Assembly: GCF_009914755.1 (NCBI RefSeq)
Contig: NC_060947.1
Reading direction: 5' to 3' (one strand)
From: the human T2T-CHM13v2.0 reference genome, Homo sapiens
Length of the DNA stretch: 64,000 nt
Each line of letters begins with the position of its first letter. The stretch's first letter is position 1. The notes under the pieces were generated by a model. The model had not been told where the DNA came from. It did not search any database and saw only the letters and a program-made list of their open reading frames with translations. The position numbers and the translations under genes are program-made. Shown piece after piece: positions 44,996 through 60,289 of the stretch.

Positions 44996-45303
44996 CAGGG
45001 GTCCCCAACCCCTGAGCCGCGGACTGGTACCAGGCCACACAGCAGGAGGTGAGCAGCAGGTGAGCATTACTGCCTGAGCTGCGCCTCCTGTCAGATCAGC
45101 AGCAGCATTAGATTCTCACAGGAGAATGAACCCTATTGTGAACCGCACATGTGAGGGATCTAGGTTACGCACTCCTTATGAGAATCTAATGCCTGATGAT
45201 TGAAGTGGAACAGTTTTATCTCGAAATCATTCCTGCCCCCATCTGTAGAAAAATTGTCTTTCATGAATCCCATCTCTGATGTCAAAAATATTGGGGAATG
45301 CTG
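44996..45303 (+). mobile_element. MER1B hAT-Charlie DNA transposon
   Basis: TIRs 'caggggtccccaac'...'ttggggaatgctg'; 'cctcctgtcagatcagcagcagcattagattctca'; CTNTAG-type flanks. Confidence 0.9.
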
Positions 45304-45824
45304 CTTTAGAGTACCCTTTTAGTGATACTGATTTTGAGGGGGTTAGGCAAGAGAGAACTAAAGGATAATAGGAATTTATGATAAATAGTGAATATAATTG
45401 TAGTCTGCCTTGTCCACCAATAGGCATAAAGGAAAGCACTCAGAGAATATCAAAGTTCAGTGCTGATACGTGGAGAATTATTTAACTCTAGCATTTCCAA
45501 AAGAATGCAAGGGTATGGCTGCTTTGACATCTTATCAAGAGCCAAATAGATGGAAGCATCTTGGGCTAATAAAGGTAGGTATATTGTGTTTTATACATTA
45601 AATATTCTGTGACATTTGGCACTTCAGAGAGATTAGACTGGGCCATATGCTTTTTCAGATTCTGTAAAGCAGAGTAGGCAGGAACTCAGTTTGAAAGTAT
45701 CAGTGATATTGGATTTATTTTCCCAATTATAGCTAAATGAAAAAAAAGTCTATGAAACAAATATTTTTTATAAATTTCAAAATATTATTGACAACATAAA
45801 AATGTATTTTAAAAAATCACTATT

Positions 45825-46037
45825 TGTAGTGGGTAGAATAGTGTCCTCCTTAAAACATGTCCACTAGAACCTCAAGTAGTGACCTTATTTGGAATAAGGG
45901 TCTTTGCAAATGTAACTATGAGTAAGGATCTTCAGAAGACATCATTCTGGATGAGAATGGGCCCTGAGTCAAGTGACCAGTGTCCTTATAAGGGACTGAA
46001 AAAGAACATAGAGATGGAGGCACAGGCCATGTGAGGA
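45825..46037 (+). mobile_element. MLT1B/C LTR 5' fragment
   Basis: 'tgtagtgggtagaatagtgtcc...gtgaccttatttggaataagggtctttgcaaatgtaa'. Confidence 0.8.
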
Positions 46038-46189
46038 AGTCTTGGAAATATGTCTATGACATATTAATATAAAAAGCAAGTTGCTGAGCTGGATATAGAA
46101 CAAAACTCAGTTGTGTACCCTCTACACATGCATGAAAAGTGTGTACCTACGTGTAAATCTGCCTCCACGTATAGTTTATATAATAATTT

Positions 46190-46724
46190 GGTTATCAGTT
46201 ACCAAGTAACCAACCACTTCTAAATTTAACGGCTTGAAACTATTATTTTCACATTTCTGTGGGTCAGTTGCTATCATCAGGGTAGTATTTATTTGAACTT
46301 CTCACATATGTTTGTTGTCAGTGATGGCTGGAGTTGGAATGATCTGAAGTCTTGACTTGGCCTTAGAAATCCAGTAGTTGAATTACATGTCTGGTGGTTG
46401 ATGCCGACTGTCCACTGGGAGCTTAGTTGGAAATGGCCTACATATGGCCATTCTGTGCAGCTTGGACTTCTCCATAGAATGGTGGCTGGGTTCTGAGATG
46501 GAGTGCACAAAATCAAGCATCGTAAGATATCCAAGTGGAAGCTGTAAGTCTTCTGGCTTCTGATCTGGCCTCAAAATCATACAGCATTATTTTTCTTATA
46601 GTCTATTGGTCAAAATCAAGCCATAGCACTAGTCCAGGTTCAAGGAATAGGGATTAAAAAAGAGTGTGTGTACTGCGAGGTATGGTTTATTAATAGGGCG
46701 CATCTTTGGAAACTAGCTGCCACA
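46190..46724 (-). mobile_element. MLT1G/H-type MaLR LTR
   Basis: 'tttctgtgggtcag...atggtggctgggttc...ggaagctgtaagtc...catctttggaaactagctgccaca'. Confidence 0.7.
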
Positions 46725-46942
46725 TATAGATATAGAGAAAATCTGGAAATACTTACCTTATCTTTTAGCAATGTTTACTCCTTGGGACGGTTAGGATGGA
46801 AGAGCAGAAGGTTGGAGTGGGGGGAGGCTTTTGCTTTTCCATAGATGTCAGAAAAGTGCTTTATTAATTACTCTAGCTTATTTGTCATCTTTTTTCTCAT
46901 TTCCAGTTAAAATATAACAGAAAAACAAATGCGAGATTCAGT

Positions 46943-46944
<2 letters not shown>

Positions 46945-46984
<40 letters not shown>

Positions 46985-46992
46985 GTGTGTGT
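46945..46992. repeat. (GT)n microsatellite
   Basis: ~19 perfect GT units then an interrupted run. Confidence 0.95.
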
Positions 46993-47279
46993 ATGCATGC
47001 ATGTGTATTTCAGAATATCAACAAATTGGTAATTTCTGCATTTTTTAATTTTTTTAATTTTATTATTATTATACTTTAAGTTTTAGGGTACATGTGCACA
47101 ATGTGCAGGTTAGTTACATATGTATACATGTGCCATGCTGGTGTGCTGCACCCGTTAACTCATCATTTAGCATTAGGTATATCTCCTAATGCTATCCGTA
47201 CCCCCTCCCCGCTCCCCCTACCCCAGAACAGTCCCCAGAGTGTGATGTTCCCCTTCCTGTGTCCATGTGTTCTCATTGT

Positions 47280-51122
<3,843 letters not shown>

Positions 51123-51170
51123 TTATTTTGCTCGTTAGTTGATGCAGTTTCTTCCTAGTCTTGATGGTCT

Positions 51171-52185
51171 TTACATTTTGGCATGATTTTGCAGTGGCTG
51201 GTACCGGTTGTTCCTTTCCATGTTTAATGCTTCCTTCCGGAGCTCTTTTAGGGCAGGCCTAGTGGTGACAAGATCTCTCAGCATTTGCTTGTCTGTAAAG
51301 TATTTTATTTCTCCTTCACTTATGAAGCTTAGTTTGGCTGGATAGGAAATTCTGGGTTGAAAATTCTTTTCTTTAAGAATGTTGAATATTGGCCCCCACT
51401 CTCTTCTGGCTTGTAGAGTTTCTGCTAAGAGATCAGCTGTTAGTCTGATGGGCTTCCCTTTGAGGGTAACCCGACCTTTCTCTCTGGCTGCCCTTAACAT
51501 TTTTTCCTTCATTTCAACTTTGGTGAATCTGACAATTATGTGTCTTGGAGTTGCTCTTCTCGAGGAGTATCTTTGTGGCGTTCTCTGTATTTCCTGAATC
51601 TGAACGTTGGCCTGCCTTGCTTGATTGGGGAAGTTCTCCTGGATAATATCCTGCAGAGTGTTTTCCAACTTGGTTCCATTCTCCCAGTCACTTCCAGGTA
51701 CCAATCAGACGTAGATTTGGTCTTTTCACATAGTCCCATATTTCTTGGAGGCTTTGTTTGTTTCTTTTTATTCTTTTTTCTCTAAACTTCCCTTCTCGCT
51801 TCATTTCACTCATTTCATCTTCCATCACTGATACCCTTTCTTCCAGTTGATCGCATCGGCTCCTGAGGCTTCTGCATTTTTCACGTAGTTCTCGAGCCTT
51901 GGCTTTCAGCTGCATCAGCTCCTTTAAGGACTTCTCTGTATTAGTTATTCTAGTTATACATTCCCCTAAATTTTTTTCAAAGTTTTTAACTTCTTTGCCT
52001 TTGATTTGAATTTCCTCCTGTAGCTCGGAGTAGTTTGATCATCTGAAGCCTTCTTCTCTCAACTCGTCAAAGTCATTCCCTGTCCAGCTTTGTTCCATTG
52101 CTGGTGAGGAACTGCGTTCCTTTGGAGGAGGAGAGGTGCTCTGCTTTTTAGAGTTTCCAGTTTTTCTGCTCTGTTTTTTCCCCAT
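51171..52185 (-). pseudogene. L1 ORF1 (coiled-coil/RRM/CTD RNA-binding protein), disrupted
   Basis: ATG GGG AAA AAA CAG at 52185; CGA>TGA stop near 52039; frameshift near 51700; C-terminal 'ARREW...YPAKLSF'. Confidence 0.95.
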
Positions 52186-53220
52186 CTTTGTGGTTTATCT
52201 ACTTTTGGTCTTTGATGATGGTGATGTACAGATGGGTTTTTGGTGTGGATGTCCTTTCTGTTTGTTAGTTTTCCTTCTAACAGACAAGACCCTCAGCTGC
52301 AGGTCTGTTGGAGTTTGCTAGAGGTCTACTCCAGACCTTGTTTGCCTGGGTATCAGCAGTGGTGGCTGCAGAACAGTGGATTTTCGTGAACCACGAATGC
52401 TGCTGTCTGATCGTTCCTCTGGAAGTTGTGTCTTAGAGGAGTACCCGCCCGTGTACGATGTCAGTCTGCCCCTACTTGGGGGTGCCTCCCAGTTAGGCTG
52501 CTCGGGGGCCAGGGGTCAGGGACCCACTTGAGGGGGCAGTCTGCCCGTTCTCAGATCTCAAACTGCGTGCTGGGAGAACCACTGGTCTCTTCAAAGCTGT
52601 CAGACAGGGACATTTAAGTCTGCAGAGGTTACTGCTGTCTTTTTGTTTGTCTGTGCCCTACCCCCAGAGGTGGAGCATACAGAGGCAGGCACGCCTTCTT
52701 GAGCTGTGGTTGGCTCCACCCATTTGTAGCTTCCCGGCTGATTTGTTTACCTAAGCAAGCCTGGGCAATGGTGGGCACTCCTCCCCCAGCCTCGCTGCCA
52801 CCTTGCAGTGTGATGTCTGACTGCTGTGCTAGCAATCAGCAAGACTCTGTTGGCGTAGGACCCTCCGAGCCAGATGCGGGATATAATCTCATGGTGCGCC
52901 GTTTTTTAAGCCCATCGGAAGAGCGCAGTATTGGGATGGGAGTGACGCGATTTTCCAGGTGCCGTATGTCACCCGTTTCTTTGACTAGGAAAGGGAACTC
53001 CCTGACCCCTTGCACTTCCCGAGTGAGGCAATGCCTCGCCCTGCTTTGGCTCGCACACGGTGTGCTGCACCCACTGTCCTGTACCCACTGTCTGGCACTC
53101 CCTAGTGAGATGAACCCGGTACCTCAGATGGAAATGCAGAAATCACCCGTCGTCTGCGTCGCTCACGCTGGGAGCTGTAGACCGGAGCTGTTCCTATTCG
53201 GCCATCTTGGCTGCCCTCTC
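52186..53220 (-). promoter_or_regulatory. L1 5'UTR internal sense promoter and antisense promoter region
   Basis: YY1 motif CAAGATGGCC on minus strand at 53200-53209; the most CpG-rich stretch of the window. Confidence 0.8.
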
Positions 53221-53238
53221 AATTTCTGCATTTTTTAA
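52768..53238 (+). other. L1 antisense ORF0-like reading frame (156 aa, extended)
   Basis: GCAATGG Kozak context; 'MVGTPPPASLPPCSVMSDCCASNQQDSVGVGPSEP' homologous to primate ORF0; no expression evidence. Confidence 0.6.
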
Positions 53239-53344
53239 ACCGTCCTAAGGCCTAAAGGAAGAAGGAAAACTTCCTAAAACAGGAACCACTCCTTGTCCTC
53301 CTCCTTATCTCTCCCTTTCACATGCAGACACACACACACAAGTA

Positions 53345-54170
53345 AATTTCACTCAATTTATATTACCTGTGTGAAAAAGTAATGCACCATGATCCAGTGG
53401 AATTCATTCTAGAAAAGCAACTAGTTTTTCAGTGTTAGGAAATGTATGGCCTATGTCATAATATTAATAGGTTTAAAAGAAGAAAATTATGTGATTATTT
53501 CAATGAATGTTAAAAATAAAACATTTTTATATAAAAGTCAATGAAATATAATTAAAAATATTTTTATAATTATAAAATATTTTTATATTTTATAATTATA
53601 AAAATATAATTATAGCCATATATAGAAAACAACAACAATAACAAAAATATAGGTTTTCAAAGTAAATCTCTAAAGCAATGTTCCTCAGATTATTTTCTAT
53701 AGATTACTTGGCCATTTAAAGGCTCAATGAGAATAGGGTTATGTAACATCTGAGAAGTCCAAAATTTAAATAGTTAATTTAGTTGTTCTAGGTTTTCCAA
53801 ATGTTTTTAACTGTGGAAATATCTCTTCTTGAAAGACATTAGTGTCCAGTCCTATCATGTTTCTCAGAATGTGCTGGCAAATGCTGCTCTAGAAGTTTTT
53901 TTATTATTGTCAGGAAAGTAGAAAAAGTATACAATAAATGGTGTTGGAAACAACTAGTTAGCCATTGTGAGAGAAATAAAGTGTATCTCTATTTCACTCC
54001 TTACCAAAAAATAAATATTAGATAAACTAAATCTAAACAACATCAGAAATCTACCAGGTGAAAAATTAGGTGACTGTTTTAATAATTTTGTGGTGAGGAG
54101 AACATTTGTGAGTCTTACTGCAAAGCCAGAAACTATAAAAAAGAAAATTGAAAGAATTATCCACATTCAA
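53345..54170 (+). mobile_element. Old L1 (L1ME-type) ORF2 fragments with AT-rich spacer
   Basis: 'caccatgatccagtggaattcattctagaaaagcaa', 'caataaatggtgttggaaacaact'. Confidence 0.55.
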
Positions 54171-54199
54171 AAAGGACACAGGGATGAAACAAGAACAAC

Positions 54200-57100
54200 A
54201 ACAGAAATCATTCTTATTTCAAAAACGGAAACTATAGAGAATCATCATCCCTGCTACTATGACCACTTTATCCTTGAGCTCGTTGAGAAGGCATTGTACA
54301 GTCCAGTGAAAGAGGCTGTTTGTTATCTTTATAACTTATCATCTTGTCCACAGGATTATTAAGAAATTTCTTTCCATAAAGAGGGGAATTTGGGTGATTA
54401 TTAGTAAAGGACACAGAAATATTCACATTCTTTGCCAATCATAAAATGCCAGTTTACATACTTCACCAGACTTCTTTGTCCACGAATCTTTCAATCTCAG
54501 ATAATATGACAAAGTCCCAGACAATATGACCAAACTGTTAACTGCTGCTCAAGAATTAATATAAATCCATTTCTCAGATCATCTCTCCTTACAAGCAGAG
54601 TGGATAACAATAATGCTGCTAAAGTTATGTCCACAGGGAGAAGTTTCTTTCTTCACTGTTCTTCACGGCCACCGTTGAGTAGGACTGAAATGTTGAGGCA
54701 ATATACTTCAAGAAAGTGCCAGCATATTGTGCAGAGTTACCTAAAAATGCGGCTTGATTTTTCTTTCTCTTAAGGAGTCGTCCATAAGTTTGGGTAGAAG
54801 GAGTGATGGTAGTGTGATAAAGGTAGGCACGCTGGCATTGTAAGCCACCTGCTGCTGCTCAAGCAATTTACATGTGCCTTTAAGGCAATCCCTCAAAACC
54901 ACTTCTACTTGACAATAGAATACTTTTTGCGCGTATATGATTTGTGAAGAAAACAAAGCTTAAAAGGTTTTTTCATTGTCAGGCTTTGAGTCTCTAGCAG
55001 GGCCAACCAGTAAGCCAAAATCTGTTTCCATGAAGGAGAATTGATACGTACTAGATAAGTCATAGTTGTGCTTTAAAATTTTAGGAGCTTCTACTGTGAT
55101 GTTCTTATAAGGGATTGGACTTTGTACAAAATTTAATACAATCTAATACACTTCAAGAATTGGATGAGCTGTATCATAATGGCCAGTTGGCAAATTTGCT
55201 TGCAAGCACCGTAGCCTGTAATATCTGGAGATGCTTGTATTATTTTCATCTCTGTCTGAGGCCTTGTAGGCTACTTGATATATGAATTGGAGCAGCATAC
55301 CCAAGCATAATTTTTGTAAAGTCCCATTGAGTGTTATACCTCTTTCTTAAAGTTTAGGAGAGTAAGGTGCAGGGACTTGTTCATTTTGGAAGGAAAATCA
55401 CATTATTTACAACGAAATCACATTACCAAAGCCACTGGATCCCCAGTAACTTTACCTATGCTTTAGACTCCCTAATTTTCATGAGATGTATTCTACATTC
55501 TGATAGCCATGTGTCTGGTGTCTGATGAAGATGTCTAAGATAATTCCTACTACTTCCTGCTCACTTGGTCCTGTTATGCTGTCTTTATTAGTATCAACCA
55601 GTGTACTGTTCTGTGGGATGATAAAATGATCACTGTCCATGTAGACAAAATTGTGTCACAAATCTGTAGAGTTGATATACCTCTGTGGCAAGATGGTAAA
55701 TGTTTAGTGCTATGCCTACCAAGTGAAAGCTAACATTTTTTTGTTCTTCAGTTATTGAGATAGGGGAAAAAGTATTTACCAGTGCTATAGCTTTATACTA
55801 GGTATTGGAAATTATATTGATTTGCTCCAGAAAACTGACTAGTCTGCAACTGTGGCTGCAGTTGGAGTCATCACCTAATTAAGCTTAAAATAATTCATTG
55901 TTTTGCTCCAAGATGGCTTTGTCTTGTACACAGGTCAAACTGGTGATTTACATGAAGATAGAAAAGGAGGCACATATTTTAAATATTTGATGGTTCCATC
56001 AACCACTTTGATTTCCTTAAGTAGTTTTTTTATTTTAGTAGGAGAGGGAACCCAGGGGCTTTCCAAGGATCCCTCACCCCTTGAGTCAGGGAGCCAAATA
56101 AGGATTCTGCTTGTTGTGGAGTATGTCTATTCCAACTACATATCAGTAAATGGAATGGTAACCACAAGATGGTTTGGAGAATCCCGGGAATACAAAAGTC
56201 TTATCTACAAACTGAGCCTGTAATTTTCTTTTTTGACCAGAGGACTACAGTAGTGTTCTGAGTTCTCAGATATTAACTTTATTTCATAATTCCTGAAAAG
56301 TGTGAGAATTTGCTTTCCTTGGGGCACAGGAACACTGATAATGGCACAAGTCCTAGTGATTTTATAACAAAGACTTTCCTCAAGGATTCCCTGTCTCCCT
56401 TTCATTCAAAGTTGATGACTTTATTAACTTGCTTTAGGAATGAGACCTGAATGAGGGGCTTTGACCCATAATTTTGATGGTTCAAGTTAGAATTTTTAAA
56501 CCAGAGTTAGAATTGTTTTCAGTTTTACCAGTCAAGTAAGACATTAATGGGCATCCCATCTGTTTGTCATAGGTACTGAATAATTAGTTTTCCTCTATCA
56601 AAGACCATTAAGAGTCAAATCAATATGATTAAAAATTTGACCTTGTTCATTTCATTAACCTTGCATACATTGCCTCTAGTTTTCAGGTACTGCTTTTTGG
56701 CATCTGCCACTTAAGACAGCATTACCTTTGTTGATATTAGGTGCCATTTTAAGTTGCAGCATCTGCTCCCTTCATCTTCAGGCTAAGGAGGACACCTGTC
56801 ATAGCACTTTTCAAAGATGCTGGTGTACCCTTCATCCGTGGATTTCTCAATGTCATGAGGAAGAAAGAGTCTTTTGGATCCTCTCATAGGATAGTTAAAA
56901 GGTAGGTTAGTATGTCACACATGATAATTCTATTCCAATGCTCCTACTTCTCTGAAAATTGGCATTTTTCCTCCAAATTATAGATAGGAATTTCTCACAT
57001 CTTAACTTCATTTAGAGTAGGCCTATATTGAGTTTAGTCAACCAATCAAGCACAAAGAAATATAGCTCTTTAAATTAGCACCTGCAACCCAGAATTTCTG

Positions 57101-57500
57101 TTAAGTGCATTCGTATCTATAATATAAATTTACCTTGTTTAAAATTTTGTTCTCTTTCTGACCTCTCATCCTCAGAATATATTTTCATACCTATTCACCA
57201 GTAATTTGTTGTAATAACCAAGAGTCTTGAAATTATTTTGATATGTAATATTTTCAATTCAAGGTGTAACCTTGAAGTTTGTCCCTTTGAACATTCTGCC
57301 ATCTAACTCCGGTTACATACAGGTCTCAGTGGCCTTAAGGGCTCTTAACAGGGAGGAAATAGGAAGAACTGACATTCACTTTCTATGTAACTGCCTCAGA
57401 AGTTGTTACTTGGTCTTCAGGTAAGTTGATTAGGGTAAGAGTTGGTTCTGTTAGCAAGGGAATTTAGTGGTATCTGGAGGTCAAAGTTTATCTCAGTCCT
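54200..57500 (-). mobile_element. Decayed ERVL-class (class III) internal region: gag-pro-pol remnants
   Basis: Minus-strand translations: 'SPV*PVYKTKPSWSKTMNYFKLN*VMTPTAATVAD' (~55845-55950), 'FTILPQRYINS' (55668-55700), 'PQNSTLV...GPSEQEV' (~55550-55620), 'VKLLGIQW' (~55432-55457), all ERVL RT motifs; many stops. Confidence 0.85.
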
Positions 57501-57589
57501 CCTATATGCTCTCTCAGTGATGTTTTGAGGCCGAGGGTTTTCTGAGCCATCTTAATAGTAATATTTGTTCTTGCATACTCATGATTACT

Positions 57590-58390
57590 CATGCTAGATG
57601 ATGGAGCAAGTAAATTACTCAATCTTAGTGGATTAATAAAATACATATTTTTTCTAACATCACATTTATGGATAACTCTTTTCCAATTAGTGACACAAGG
57701 ACCTGAGCTTATTGTATTGTGGATCTCTGTCATCTCAAATGTTTTTCATCTCTATTCACATGGATATGGGAAAGAGTGACCTGAGGATGCCAGAGAAGAT
57801 TTTTGGAATCAGCCTTGGAAATTATATATATTAATTCAGTCCACATTACCTTGGCCAGGAATAGTCATGTGGCCCCACCAAGATACAAGGGAGGCTCTGT
57901 TCCCAAGAAGATAAAATGAAATTGGTGAATATCTGTGATAGTCTCTTCCACAGTCTGCTTTTCTGGTCACTAAATATCAATTTCGTGTTTCTTCCCAAAC
58001 CTAGAATACACTCATCTCTCAGCAAGGGGAACAACCCATAGTTGCAACTCAAATCAATAGTGTATCAAATTAGAAGACAAAGATCTCTGAATGATAAGCA
58101 CTATTCTCTAGTGCTTATCCCTGAACTGAAATACAGGTTACCTGCCTAACCCTCCACACTCTATATCCAGTGGTAGAGCAGGGATGTAATAATTTCAGTA
58201 AACTTTCTTATTAGAAAAGGGGAAAAATGGGAGACACACAATAGTCAATGGTGCATAAAAATTATCAAATTCTGCTAACCAGACAATCAAAGGTTCCCAT
58301 TGTATTATTTAGGGATATTCAGGCTGAGCTTCTCTAAAAAAAAATAGCCCTAAAATTTCAGCAGCTTAACCTAATTTAAAGTTTTATCTG
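57590..58390 (-). mobile_element. Old MaLR (MLT1J/K-like): LTR, short internal segment, start of second LTR
   Basis: LTR motif 'ttggccaggaatagtcatgtggccccacc...aagggaggct...tcttccaca' (to 57951); internal 'agaaaaggggaaaaatgggagacacaca'; second LTR-like start 'tgtattattta...aatttcagcagcttaa' at 58301. Confidence 0.6.
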
Positions 58391-58394
58391 GACT

Positions 58395-59185
58395 CATAGA
58401 ATGAGTTAGCAAGAATCTCTTCCTTCTTGATTTTTTTGGAATAGTTTGAGAACTGGTGTTAGTTCTTCTTTATCAATATGTTAAAATTCAACAGAAAAGC
58501 CACCCAGTACTGGGCTTCTCTTTATTGGGAGACTTTTTATTATCAGTTCAATCTCATGATTTGTTATGAATCTGTTGAGGTTTTCTACTTCTTCCTAATT
58601 CAATCTTGGTAGGTTGTATGTTTTCAGGAATTTATCCATTTTCTATAGGTTTTCCAGTTTGTTAGTATGTAGTTGTTCATAATAGTCAGTGATGATCCTT
58701 TGTATTTCTGTGGTATCAGCTATAATGTCTCCTTTTTTATTTCTAATTTTGTTTATTTGGTTCCTCTCTCTCTTTTTTTTCCTTGGCTTGACAACTTCAT
58801 TCTTTTGTATGTGGATATCTAGTTGTCCCAGCACAATTTGTTTAAAAAAAACTAGTTTTCCCATTGAATTTTCTTGGCAAACTTGTCAGAAATAAATTGA
58901 TTCTAAATCTAAAGTTTAATTCCTGAACTCTCAATTTTATTTTATTGTTGTACATTTCTATATATCTCTATATGCTAGTTCCACACTGTTTTGATTACTA
59001 TAGCTCTGTAGTGAAATTTGAAATCAGGAAGTTCGAGTTCTTAATTTTGTTCTTCTTTTTCAAGATTATTTATGTTATTCTGGGTCCCTTGCAATTCCAT
59101 ATGAATTTTGAGATTAGCTTGTCAATTTTTGCAAAAATGCAATCCGGGAATTTGGTAAGGATTTAGTGAATGTAGACATCAGTGT
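58395..59185 (-). mobile_element. Two juxtaposed old L1 ORF2 fragments
   Basis: '[30 protein letters not shown]' (58643-58790) joined to a downstream ORF2 region 'gggtcccttgcaattccatatgaatttt'. Confidence 0.75.
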
Positions 59186-60289
59186 GGAGTGTATTCCCAT
59201 GAATTCATTACTATGTGGTCATAGAGAATGACTCTTTCTGAACCTGTCTTATCTGTTAAATGGGGATGATAAAAATTCTCTTAAATAATTTTAGTAATAT
59301 TGTTAAAAAGATGAAATGAAATATGTAATAAGTTATTTTGTAAACTATAAAATGCTATGTAATTTTAAGTTGATTTAGGTTAATTTAATTATAATTATAA
59401 AATGAAGTACAAAGATAATTTTTCTTGTCTAATTTTGGAGCTCATGTAGGCCATCTCTCCTTTCCATTTTTCTAGTCTTTCATTAGCCAACAGTATCATG
59501 ACCAGCATCATTAATTGATGAAATTTATTGAAACCTACTGTGTTCCAGACTTTGTGCTATCCACTGACGATATCCACTGAATCCTTATGGGGTGCACAGC
59601 AGTCAATTAATGTATAAATTTATTGAGACAAAATAGAATATTATTTTCATGAAGGTAGGAACTCAGTGAGGAAAGTTTAAGGACAAAATACAAATAAACA
59701 TTGAATTATAATTTTTCTAAAAAGTATCAAGTAAAAAAGTGTATTATGATTCACACGTGAACACATCTTATTGCATAGACAGATAATCATAATTAGCATA
59801 CACCAGTCAGTAATGGCTTGGTTTCTGATCTTAGTGGAATGGGGAAAAGTTTCAGTTTGGGTGATAGAATGCCTCCAACAAGTTTTATTCTTGAGAGGAC
59901 TTCATTCAAGTACATGACTTCTGATTAGATATCTCTGCTTCATAGATTCTAGATCAATTGACATCTGTTGATAATAATGTATGGTAGGATTGGGACATAT
60001 TTGATCTTGGGATGAGGAAAATTTAATCAATACATGTCCCACAAGATCAGTTCTACTTTTACTGAGGTAAAAAAAAAAACCCTGATTATTTACTGATTTT
60101 GGAGAAATAAAGCCCCTTTTGTTTGATTGATGCTCTAGAGCCCCAGGAATTGTGACATTCTGATGAACCTCACAAGGCCATTGATGGTTTTGGTAAGAGA
60201 TTGAAAGCCAATCGAACCAGATGACTTCCTGCAAGCTCACTTTGATATTTTAGTTACTAAAATTTTAGCCAAACACTTTTATTCCCCAA

